DNA of 64,000 bases. Origin: an uncultured delta proteobacterium (GTDB taxonomy: Bacteria; Desulfobacterota; Desulfobacteria; Desulfobacterales; Desulfatirhabdiaceae). Under the pieces are notes generated by a model, which saw only the letters and a program-made list of their open reading frames with translations, was not told the origin of the DNA and did not search any database. The DNA lies in NCBI GenBank assembly GCA_963789395.1, contig CAWBKP010000022.1:1-64000 (forward strand), in the 5' to 3' direction. The position numbers were made by a program, and so were the translations under genes. The first letter of the stretch is position 1; the number at the start of each line of letters is the position of its first letter. Positions 1 through 8,702 of the stretch are shown here, piece by piece.

Positions 1-12
1 GAGGAGCGGCAG

Positions 13-240
13 CTAATAAAAAGCCCACCAAATATAAAACAACAGAAACGCCCAGGACAAAATACAGACGATATATGAAATCCAGGCAACAGGGGGCTCA
101 GCCATACCCGTTTTTTCATTCAGTTTCCCCACACGCCTGTTGCAGGAAAAACAAAACCGGTCATCAACGGCCAGGTAATTCTCGCAATATGGGCATTTTT
201 TTGTAGTAAACGGGGCGTCTTTGTCATGTTGATCTGTCAT
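13..240 (-). CDS. Small double zinc-ribbon membrane protein (hypothetical)
   Basis: 75 aa with CPYC...CFSC Cys pairs and a C-terminal hydrophobic helix (WISYIVCILSWAFLLFYIWWAFY); lies just downstream of ppiD on the same strand. Confidence 0.7.
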   Translation of the reverse strand: MTDQHDKDAPFTTKKCPYCENYLAVDDRFCFSCNRRVGKLNEKTGMAEPPVAWISYIVCILSWAFLLFYIWWAFY

Positions 241-333
241 CAGGTTTTATCCTTCACCGGGAAAATTCGGAATCCTGCCGAATCAGAGGGGGAAAATCTC
301 CGTACCCTGTCGTTTCCCACCCTCTGTGACGGA

Positions 334-2220
334 TTACAGATACCCGTTTTCAACTACAACCTTGGCGTTGTTTCGAAGTGAGGTCAACAAGTCTTCAAAG
401 ATTCGACGCTGTTTCTGACTGATCAGCCTATCGATTATCTGCGATCTTTCGATTGCCAATCCTGCGGGATCTGCGGCCTTTCTTTCCCCGAATGCAATGA
501 CGTAATACCCCTTCTGGCCTTTTATCGGTTCATCGGGGAATCTCTTTTCAGGTGAGAGCCCAAAAGCGATGGATGATATGTCACGCTCAAAGCCGATATC
601 CGGTATCCGATCATTGCGCTTGAAAAAATCGGTTGCTCCGGTTTTGACGCCTTTTTTTCCTTGAAATGCTTTCAGCGATTTTCCATTTTTTAGATCGGCC
701 AGACATTGCTTGGCGTCTTTTAATGCCTGTTCATCCTGTTTTTCCTTTGTTAAATCCGCTCGAACCTTTTCAGCAACCAGAGCGAATTCCGGGATACTTT
801 CGGGAATGTCTTCAACAACCTGAAGGATGTAATAGCTGCCTTGTGAATCAATGATATCGCTGATGCTGTTCGGTGCCAGTTCGAAGGCTATCGCCGCAAA
901 CTGGGCTGGATTCTTGACGCCTGCCGGACCGCTGCGACCAAAGGGTTCTGAAGTGAGCAGCTGTTGTTTCAATGTCTCGGCAACCTTGGATAACGATTCC
1001 GCATTTAAGGCGGCGCTATAGGTTGCAAAGGCGTCTTCATAGGCTAGATTTTTGGCTTTTTCGTCGGTGAGCTTATTGATGATTTTAGGCCTTGCCTGTT
1101 CAAGGGAAAGGTTGGAAGCCTCATTGATCTTTTCGACCTTGATGATGTGCCATCCAAACTGGGTCCTGACCGGATCACTGAGCTCTCCGGGCTTCATGGA
1201 AAAAGCTTTTTCGCCAAAGGGTTCGACCATTGCATCGCGCTTAAACGCGCCAAGATTTCCGCCGTTCTTACCGCCGGGATCATCAGAGTATTGCTTGGCC
1301 AACTCTGCAAAATCCTTTCCTTCCTTTGCCAGTTTCAGAACATGCAAAGCCTTTTCCCTGGCTTTTTCAACGAGTTCCGCATTGGCGTTTTGATCCACCT
1401 TAATCAGGACATGGCTGGCTTCAACGGTTTTCGGCGTATCAAATTCTCCGGGGTTGGATTCGAAATAGTCCTTTACCTCGGAATCGGGCAGGGTTACCTT
1501 GGCAAGGTACATTTCTGGCGTAAACTGCAGGTAAGTCACTTTGCGTTTGGGCTCAATCTTATAGCTGTCCTTATGGGCCTCAAAAAAGGATTTTACCGCC
1601 TCTTCAGAAAGTTTGATATCGGTAATCAGGGATGGATCGTATAACACGTAGTCAATTTTAATCTGTGAATTTTTCCATTGGTAGTAATCTTCCACCTCGG
1701 CATCTGATACCTTGGCGCTGTCTGAAATAAAATATCTGAATTTATCCATTAAAACGGATTCACGCTGCATGGCTTCAAATGATTCGGGTTTCAGCCGGTT
1801 CTGGGTTAAAACCGCAAGATATCTGCGGTTGTCAAAGTTGCCATTGTCTTGAAAAGCCGGGATGGCCTTGATGGCGGTTGACAGTTCTTCGTCGCTGACT
1901 GTAAAACCCAGCCGTGTTGCTTCAGACAAAATCAGCCTTTTCTCAATCAGTTGATCCATGGCCTGCTTTTTGACCTGAAGCATCTTGAGCATTTCATCGT
2001 TCAGGCGGTTGCCATACCGCTGCTTGATTTGTTCTAATAGGCGGTTGTAGGTTTCATTGTATTCTTCAACCATGATCGGGTCTCCGTTAACGATGGCAAC
2101 CCGCCCGACTGCCCGGTCGCGAAAACTGCCGACGCCCCAGAAGACAAAGACCAGAACGATAGCGCCCAAAAGAATTTTGATTAACCAGGTGCCTGCATTT
2201 TTACGCATTAAATCGAGCAT
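334..2220 (-). CDS. ppiD: PpiD/SurA-family periplasmic chaperone, parvulin-type peptidyl-prolyl isomerase
   Basis: N-terminal MLDLMRK..LLGAIVLVFVFWG anchor, SurA-N domain, rotamase motifs ASHVLIK, FAELAKQYSDDPG, GGNLG and VRTQFGWHIIKV. Confidence 0.93.
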   Translation of the reverse strand: MLDLMRKNAGTWLIKILLGAIVLVFVFWGVGSFRDRAVGRVAIVNGDPIMVEEYNETYNRLLEQIKQRYGNRLNDEMLKMLQVKKQAMDQLIEKRLILSEATRLGFTVSDEELSTAIKAIPAFQDNGNFDNRRYLAVLTQNRLKPESFEAMQRESVLMDKFRYFISDSAKVSDAEVEDYYQWKNSQIKIDYVLYDPSLITDIKLSEEAVKSFFEAHKDSYKIEPKRKVTYLQFTPEMYLAKVTLPDSEVKDYFESNPGEFDTPKTVEASHVLIKVDQNANAELVEKAREKALHVLKLAKEGKDFAELAKQYSDDPGGKNGGNLGAFKRDAMVEPFGEKAFSMKPGELSDPVRTQFGWHIIKVEKINEASNLSLEQARPKIINKLTDEKAKNLAYEDAFATYSAALNAESLSKVAETLKQQLLTSEPFGRSGPAGVKNPAQFAAIAFELAPNSISDIIDSQGSYYILQVVEDIPESIPEFALVAEKVRADLTKEKQDEQALKDAKQCLADLKNGKSLKAFQGKKGVKTGATDFFKRNDRIPDIGFERDISSIAFGLSPEKRFPDEPIKGQKGYYVIAFGERKAADPAGLAIERSQIIDRLISQKQRRIFEDLLTSLRNNAKVVVENGYL

Positions 2221-2354
2221 TATGTATCCTCACGTGATCTTAATATAATTCAACAAGATAAATGCTATTGTAACAATAATCGAATTTGAACTCCAAGAAT
2301 CAATTCGCTGTAATTCATTTCAAATTTCAGATAGATTAGCATCATAAAAATATT

Positions 2355-2383
2355 ATTGTATTTTTCATGGTCACATTTGTCAA
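2355..2383 (-). promoter_or_regulatory. Sigma70-type promoter of ppiD
   Basis: Minus strand TTGACA (2383-2378), 17 nt, TACAAT (2360-2355). Confidence 0.7.
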
Positions 2384-2630
2384 TAAATTCCCCTCTGAAC
2401 GTAACAGGATGGTATTGTGCTGTGCAGATAATGCTTCAATTCAAATCAGTCAGAAGGTGGCCTCCATTACCCATAGCATTGCAAATGTCGATTGAACCGG
2501 TTTAAATGGCGCTGATGAGGCAAGGGCTGCGGGTCATTTAGAGGAAGCGGACTTGATCCTGACCCGTTTTTCAGTATGATGAGACGATGTTTTTGAATTG
2601 AACAAATCCCGATTCTTTCTGAAATCCTCC

Positions 2631-2660
2631 TTGATATGCAATTTCATTTTATACTATGAT
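2631..2660 (+). promoter_or_regulatory. Candidate sigma70 promoter of kdsD-pfkA
   Basis: TTGATA, 18 nt, TATGAT. Confidence 0.45.
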
Positions 2661-2745
2661 GAACGGGAAAATGTCAAAAACGCAATTGGAAGATCAAAGA
2701 TCCAGTTAAGTTGTTCCCGGCAATAAATGAATTTGGAATTTACGG

Positions 2746-3726
2746 ATGACATCAAGTATTGAACAGGCCATGGAAGTTCTGAAAATTGAGGCTGAGGGCA
2801 TATTAAAGCTCATGGACCGGGTGGATTGCCATTTTGAAGAAATGGTGGAACTCATCTGTAAGGCAACCGGCAGACTGATCATCAGCGGCATTGGCAAGTC
2901 CGGAATCGTGGGGAGAAAAATAGTTGCCACGTTGAACAGTACGGGAACCCGCTCTTTGTTTTTGCATCCGGTCGAGGCCATGCATGGAGATTTGGGGATG
3001 GTCAGCCCGGATGATGTCTTTCTGGCGCTTTCCAACAGCGGTGAAACGGATGAACTCAATCTGCTGGTGCCCAGTATTCGAAAAATCGGATGCAGGGTAA
3101 TCGCCTTCACCGGGAATCTGCATTCCACCCTGGCAGAGCATAGCGACATCGTCATTGATGTCAGTGTTGAAAGAGAAGCCTGCCCGCTGGGGCTGGCGCC
3201 GACAGCCAGCACCACGGCGCTTCTGGCAATGGGGGATGCGCTGGCCGTGGTTCTGATCAACCGGAAACACTTTAATTCTTCCGATTTCAAGCGGATTCAC
3301 CCTGGCGGAAATCTGGGGCAGCGCCTGGCCAGTCGAGTTCAGGATATCATGCTGAAGGACACGCAGGTTCCCCTGGTTTTTGCTGGCGACTCCATGGATG
3401 CAGCGGTAAAGGAAATCAACAGGCTGGAAATCGGAGCAACCCTTGTCGCGAACCCGGACCAGACGCTGGCAGGGATTATTACCGATGGCGACATCCGCAG
3501 GCTGATAGCAGGACGATTGCCGGTGTATGGGGTGTCGGTCGATGAAGTCATGACCGCCCAGCCCCGTGTGCTGTTTCTGGATTCGCTGGCCTGCGATGCC
3601 TTGAATATCATGGAAAAACATCAAATTACGGTGCTGCCGATTCTGGACAGTCAAAAAAAGATTAAAGGTGTTCTGCACCTTCATGATATTCTGGGCAAGG
3701 GAGAATTTAAATTCAACGGGCACTAA
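2746..3726 (+). CDS. kdsD: Arabinose-5-phosphate isomerase, KpsF/GutQ family (SIS + CBS pair)
   Basis: GIGKSG, HPVEAMHGDLG, SNSGET, EACPLGLAPTASTT and HPGG motifs; C-terminal CBS domains. Confidence 0.93.
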   Translation: MTSSIEQAMEVLKIEAEGILKLMDRVDCHFEEMVELICKATGRLIISGIGKSGIVGRKIVATLNSTGTRSLFLHPVEAMHGDLGMVSPDDVFLALSNSGETDELNLLVPSIRKIGCRVIAFTGNLHSTLAEHSDIVIDVSVEREACPLGLAPTASTTALLAMGDALAVVLINRKHFNSSDFKRIHPGGNLGQRLASRVQDIMLKDTQVPLVFAGDSMDAAVKEINRLEIGATLVANPDQTLAGIITDGDIRRLIAGRLPVYGVSVDEVMTAQPRVLFLDSLACDALNIMEKHQITVLPILDSQKKIKGVLHLHDILGKGEFKFNGH

Positions 3727-3830
3727 CTGCAGGTTAATGCCATAGAGCCTGGCCAGAGGCTGCGGTTAGATTTCGGATTTAGGCGTTTCGAACCGCTTTT
3801 GCTGCCTGGATCACAGTTCTGGAGGAAAAG

Positions 3831-5145
3831 ATGAATATTGATTGCTTGGACACAACCATCCCTGTTCTTGGGGAAAGTAAAATCACGTCCCCCATAAAAA
3901 ACCGGGAAGAGAGCAGCGTTTTTATTTCAGATGCCGATAAGGTGACGATCGATGTAAATCTCGATCGCATGAAAGCCCTGATCCAGGAGGGCAGGCAGAT
4001 ACCTGCCTTTGAAATGGCGGGTCCCAGGGAAAAAATTTTTTTCGATCCCAGCAAGGTCCGCTGTGCGCTGGTGACCTGCGGGGGCCTCTGCCCCGGGCTG
4101 AATGACATTATCCGGTCCATTGTGCTGGGCCTATTCTATGCATATGGCGTAAGCAATGTGTATGGCATCCGGTATGGGCTTCAGGGGTTTATTCCGAAAT
4201 ATGGTCATGATGTGTTTCAACTGACTCCGGCGGATGTGTCCGGTATTCTGGAACGCGGCGGATCGATTCTGGGTTCATCCCGGGGACCTCAGTCCATCGA
4301 TGATATTGTGGATTGCCTTGAACGGATGAATATCGGTGTGTTGTTCATGATCGGCGGAGACGGTACGCTGAAGGCGGCTACAAAAATCGCCGACTGCATT
4401 ACCGAGCGGGGATTAAAGATCAGTGTCGTAGGCATTCCCAAAACCATTGACAATGATATCTATCTGGTGTCGCGTTCTTTTGGTTTTGACACGGCCGTGG
4501 ATATTGCCACCCTGGCCATAAAAGCGGCTCACAGCGAGGCTGAGGGATATCCAAACGGCATCGGTCTCATCAAATTGATGGGCCGGTATTCCGGATTCAT
4601 TGCCTCAACTGTCGTGCTGGCTCAGCAGGATGTCAATTTCGTGTTGATTCCGGAAGTGGATTTTGATCTTGAAGGCCCCAGAGGGCTTCTTGCGGCACTG
4701 GAAAAACGCCTGAATGACCGTAAACATGCGGTTATTGTCGTGGCGGAAGGTGCCGGTCAGAAATATTTCACGGATGCCGGATCAGGACACGGATAAATCC
4801 GGCAATATCAAATTGAATGATATCGGCCTGTTTTTAAAGGAAAACATTCAGGCATATTTTAAGGCAAGGAATGTGGATGTATCGCTGAAGTATATTGACC
4901 CCAGCTATATTATCCGCAGTCTTCCGGCCAATGCCAATGACCATGCTTTCTGCAGCGTGCTGGGTCGGGATGCCGTTCATGCGGGCATGGCAGGTAAAAC
5001 CCGGCTGCTGATAGGCCACTGGAACAATCATTTCGTTCATATTCCCATGAGCGCTTCAGCCGGACAACGAAAACAAGTGGATACGAATGGGAAATTATGG
5101 CGAAGTGTACTGGAGTCGACGGGGCAGGGGGTTATGGTCAACTAG
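3831..5145 (+). CDS. pfkA: 6-phosphofructokinase (PfkA group), one frameshift near 4775-4790
   Basis: GGLCPGLN, GGSILGSSRG, GGDGT, PKTIDND, MGR and VVAEGAGQ in the first frame; DKSGN and KYIDPSYIIRS in the next frame. Confidence 0.88.
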
Positions 5146-6460
5146 CTTCGCATAAAGGTTGTAGAAGGCTGTAGATAACTTCGGCATGCTTTTGGGCCGC
5201 CCCCTGGTTCATTTCAACAGCTCTTCGCGCCGAAATTCCTGTTTTTTGTGCCTGATCCGGCTGGCTGATAAAGAACAGGACTTTTTCGGCAAGTTCATTC
5301 CCGTTTTTAACCTCAATGCCGCCTTTGGTGCTTTCCAGCAGGCTTCTTGCATCCAGAAAGTCCTCCATATACGGGCCGTAGAGCACGGGCTTTGCCCATA
5401 CCGCCGGCTCAAGAATATTTTGTCCGCCGAGCGGCACCAGGCTGCCGCCGCAAAATACAACCGTGGCAATGCTGTAAACGGCTTCAAGTTCTCCCATTGT
5501 ATCCAGGATAATGATAGGCGCTGTTCTGTTTTCACCGGTTTTTTCAAGACAGGTCCGCAGTTGACAGCTAAGCCCCCGGGTTTCGATCATTTTTTCAATA
5601 AGCCTGGTTCGTTCAAGGTGCCGGGGCGCCAGGATAAGAAGGGTATTCGGGGCGTTACGAATAATTTTCTGATACGCATCCAGAATGATTTCCTCTTCAG
5701 AATGCCGCGTGCTTCCCGCCAGAAAAACCGGCTCGTTTTCCGTGACACCGAAGATATGCTGCCAAAATTGCGTTTGGTCCGGCCGCCGGCTGTCGGACTG
5801 TCGCAGCAACAAATCGTATTTTGCGTTGCCATTGACCTGAATTTTCTCCGGCGCTGCACCGATTTCACGAATCCTTCGGGCGTCACTCTCCTGAATCATG
5901 CTGAAGACGTTCATGCCGCTCAGAACTTCTTTCATCAGCGGTCGGATCTTCCGATACCGTTTGATGGCCCTTTCCGAAATCCGGCCGTTAACGATGGCTG
6001 TTTTTATTCCCATTTGGTAAGCGATCATCAACCAGTTCGGCCACAATTCCGTTTCAACACAGATCAGCAGGTCAGGTTTTATTTGTCTGAGGGCGATTGC
6101 TACGGAAAGGATAAAATCGATAGGGGCGTAAATGCAGATAACATCGGCGGGCAGGCGGGCTTTGGCAAGCGCCTGACCATGCTCTGTCGTGGTGGAAAAA
6201 ATAATGGTGCAGTGCGGCGCCAGTATTTGAATCGCATCGACGATGGGAACGGCTGCATTCACCTCTCCCATTGAAACAGCGTGCACCCAAATTCGCGGAG
6301 AAGGCTTGTCAGGTAGATTCAGCGGCGGATAAATACCGATGCGCTGTGGCATGCTGCCGCGATAACGTCCGGTCAGTTTCGTGTACAACAGGGCAAAGGG
6401 CAGTGCAAGCAGAAACAGCCCGGAGGTCAGTCCCATATAACCCAAACAGGCCGGATTCAT
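5138..6460 (-). CDS. waaA: 3-deoxy-D-manno-octulosonic acid (Kdo) transferase
   Basis: WVHAVSMGE, ETELWPN, NGRIS, GNAKYD, LAPRH, DTMGEL and GGQNILEP motifs; start placed at ATG 6460 (the track's 6502 overlaps the upstream gene). Confidence 0.93.
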   Translation of the reverse strand: MNPACLGYMGLTSGLFLLALPFALLYTKLTGRYRGSMPQRIGIYPPLNLPDKPSPRIWVHAVSMGEVNAAVPIVDAIQILAPHCTIIFSTTTEHGQALAKARLPADVICIYAPIDFILSVAIALRQIKPDLLICVETELWPNWLMIAYQMGIKTAIVNGRISERAIKRYRKIRPLMKEVLSGMNVFSMIQESDARRIREIGAAPEKIQVNGNAKYDLLLRQSDSRRPDQTQFWQHIFGVTENEPVFLAGSTRHSEEEIILDAYQKIIRNAPNTLLILAPRHLERTRLIEKMIETRGLSCQLRTCLEKTGENRTAPIIILDTMGELEAVYSIATVVFCGGSLVPLGGQNILEPAVWAKPVLYGPYMEDFLDARSLLESTKGGIEVKNGNELAEKVLFFISQPDQAQKTGISARRAVEMNQGAAQKHAEVIYSLLQPLCEAS

Positions 6461-6479
6461 AAACGGCGTTCCCTTTTTT

Positions 6480-8429
6480 TCAGGGTGCGGTGATTTCAAC
6501 AAACTCTTCGCCTTTGATCTGGATCAGAAACAGTTTCTTCTCAACTTCCCGCTCCTCGTTGAAGCGATAACTCCCCGTAACGCCTGAAAAGCCGTCAGGT
6601 CTGAGAAGTTCTTGAATAATTGAACTTCGGGAAGCGATATCCGGGTCGCTGACAATTTGAAACATCATCATTGCCGTATCATAAGAAACCGCTTCAATAT
6701 AACCGGGGGATTCCTGGTAAGCATTTCGAAATTCCCGGACAAACTGTTGAATGGGCTCCGATCTGCTTTCTGCAAAAAAACCATCCGGCAGAATGCTGCC
6801 CTGAAGCGAAGGGCCACCGGTTTGAATCAGTTTGGGGGAATGCCACAGGTTGGTTCCCAGCAGATGAGACGGGTGAAGATTGCCATAGGCCAGTTGGGGG
6901 ACGATAACGGCTATTTTTTGAGGTGAGTCTGGAATAAAAAGTGCTTCAAATTCCTCGGAAGTCTGGGGTGCGTTTTGGGCTGCTGCGGATTTATCCATGT
7001 GTTTGCCGGCTGCAGGCGATGTTGAATCGTGGACAACAGGAGAATACCGGCTTGAAAGAAATTGCAGGGTTTCCCTGAAATCGGTCTGCATGGGATCATA
7101 GGATTGAATGGCAACCACATGGCCTCCTGCCGATTCTGCCCGATCCTTGAAAAGGTTCATAAAATTAACGCCATAAGGTTCATCGGGATAAAGAATTGCA
7201 AAACGGCCCAGGCCGAGTTTGTCTACTCCAAAGGATACCAGCGCGTCTACCTGGGCTCCAGGCGTCATGAAGTTGCGGAAAACCGAGGGCCCAATTCTGG
7301 TGATCTGGTCTTTCTGCGTCAGGGTGATAATCGGAATGCCATATTTTTGCGCCTCTGCCGCAGCAATATCGGCAGTGGCCACAGGGCCGATGATGGCAGC
7401 GACGCCGGATTCAGCCAATTCCTTTACTGCCGAAACGGTTTTTTGCGGGTCTGATTCCGTGTCCTGAATACGTATGGTCAGTTGTGTGTCAGGGTTGTGC
7501 ATGGAAAACTGATTTTGGGCCAGCTCAATTCCTTTAAGTGCTTTTTTCCCGTAAACTTCGTAAGTTCCGGTAAGCGGCAGCAGGCAGCCAAGCGTATGGA
7601 GCTGATAGCCCGGTCTTGTTTTTATGTCCTGAAGCATTTGCAATGCCTGAGCTGCTGCGTCCTGTTTCGGAAATTGTTCGGTTAATACGGTCAACACTTT
7701 GTAGGCGTCTTCCATATTTCCCATTTCCAGATATTTCTGACCAGCCAGTAACAGAAATTCCGCTTTTGCCTGTGATGACTCCAGGGAATTTAACAGGCCA
7801 ACCACATCAGAAATAGCCAGTTGCGATAGCACTGCTTTTAGCTTTTGGGTGATTCGGACCGAATCCGGTTGCGTTGATTGTTCCATAGCATGGGAATACG
7901 CATTTGCGGATTCCAGGGGAAGTCCAACGCGGGAATAGGCATCTCCCAGGATTTCAAATGCGTGTTGGACAGAATCGGTTGATCGGTATTTTTTCACATA
8001 AATCTGCCCCGATTCTATAACCTTCTGGTAATCTCCAATGGCAAAAATAGCCGTCAATTCAGCAAGTTCAGCCTGTTGTGCTGAAGCGCTTTTAGGATAA
8101 AGAGCGGCCACCCGCTGATAATAAGGTAGCGCTTGAGATGGTCTCCCTGTAGCCATGTAAATATCCCCGATCCGCAGAAGGGTATCCGCGGTCCTGGGGC
8201 CGTTTGGAAAAGATGATAAATATTTTTGAAAGGCGGTCAGCGCTTCCGGATAGGCTTTTGCCATGTACCATTTTTGACCGGATGAATAGATCTCATCTCC
8301 CGGATTGGCAGTGACAACCTGCGTTTTATCGCGCATCGGGGGTTTTTCTGATTTAATCACTTTTTTGAAAGCGCATGAAGCCAGCAGCATGACAAGGAAA
8401 GCAAAAAGCACAAATCGAAAATATTTCAT
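6480..8429 (-). CDS. Outer-membrane lipoprotein, TPR/BamD-like repeats plus periplasmic binding protein fold (LpoA-like PBP activator)
   Basis: Lipobox LLASC; TPR helices (YPEALTAFQKYLSSFPNG); type I PBP region GCLLPLTG...AIIGP...FAILYPDEPYG. Confidence 0.75.
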   Translation of the reverse strand: MKYFRFVLFAFLVMLLASCAFKKVIKSEKPPMRDKTQVVTANPGDEIYSSGQKWYMAKAYPEALTAFQKYLSSFPNGPRTADTLLRIGDIYMATGRPSQALPYYQRVAALYPKSASAQQAELAELTAIFAIGDYQKVIESGQIYVKKYRSTDSVQHAFEILGDAYSRVGLPLESANAYSHAMEQSTQPDSVRITQKLKAVLSQLAISDVVGLLNSLESSQAKAEFLLLAGQKYLEMGNMEDAYKVLTVLTEQFPKQDAAAQALQMLQDIKTRPGYQLHTLGCLLPLTGTYEVYGKKALKGIELAQNQFSMHNPDTQLTIRIQDTESDPQKTVSAVKELAESGVAAIIGPVATADIAAAEAQKYGIPIITLTQKDQITRIGPSVFRNFMTPGAQVDALVSFGVDKLGLGRFAILYPDEPYGVNFMNLFKDRAESAGGHVVAIQSYDPMQTDFRETLQFLSSRYSPVVHDSTSPAAGKHMDKSAAAQNAPQTSEEFEALFIPDSPQKIAVIVPQLAYGNLHPSHLLGTNLWHSPKLIQTGGPSLQGSILPDGFFAESRSEPIQQFVREFRNAYQESPGYIEAVSYDTAMMMFQIVSDPDIASRSSIIQELLRPDGFSGVTGSYRFNEEREVEKKLFLIQIKGEEFVEITAP

Positions 8430-8487
8430 AATAATATCTTTGTGTTAAAATAAAGGTGGGAGGGTTGTTTCTTTGGAAACTGTGATT

Positions 8488-8516
8488 ATCATAGCGGAAT
8501 CCATCAACCGGGTCAA
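8488..8516 (-). promoter_or_regulatory. Sigma70-type promoter of the lipoprotein-waaA unit
   Basis: Minus strand TTGACC, 17 nt, TATGAT. Confidence 0.6.
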
Positions 8517-8562
8517 TTGCCAGATTTTTGTGATTTATTATCCTGGATCACTTACAGATTTC

Positions 8563-8591
8563 TTGACTCTATCGTTTTGTTGGAATAAAAT
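8563..8591 (+). promoter_or_regulatory. Sigma70-type promoter of the ndvB-like gene (divergent partner)
   Basis: TTGACT, 17 nt, TAAAAT. Confidence 0.65.
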
Positions 8592-8640
8592 ATTCTGCTT
8601 ATGAAATGGCACCTCTGCAAGGGGAATGTCATTATAGAAT

Positions 8641-8673
8641 AAAAAAAGACAGGGCGCTGGTTTCTGCCCTGTC
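8641..8673 (-). terminator. Terminator-shaped hairpin in the ndvB-like leader, U-tract on the minus strand
   Basis: GACAGGGC, 10-nt loop, GCCCTGTC, preceded by A7 on the plus strand. Confidence 0.45.
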
Positions 8674-8702
8674 ACTGCCGAAGAACCCGGCTGTCATATC
8701 AC

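Noticed and set aside
4770..4800. Programmed frameshift in pfkA
   Set aside because: No slippery heptamer or stimulator is evident, and similar indels occur throughout the window.
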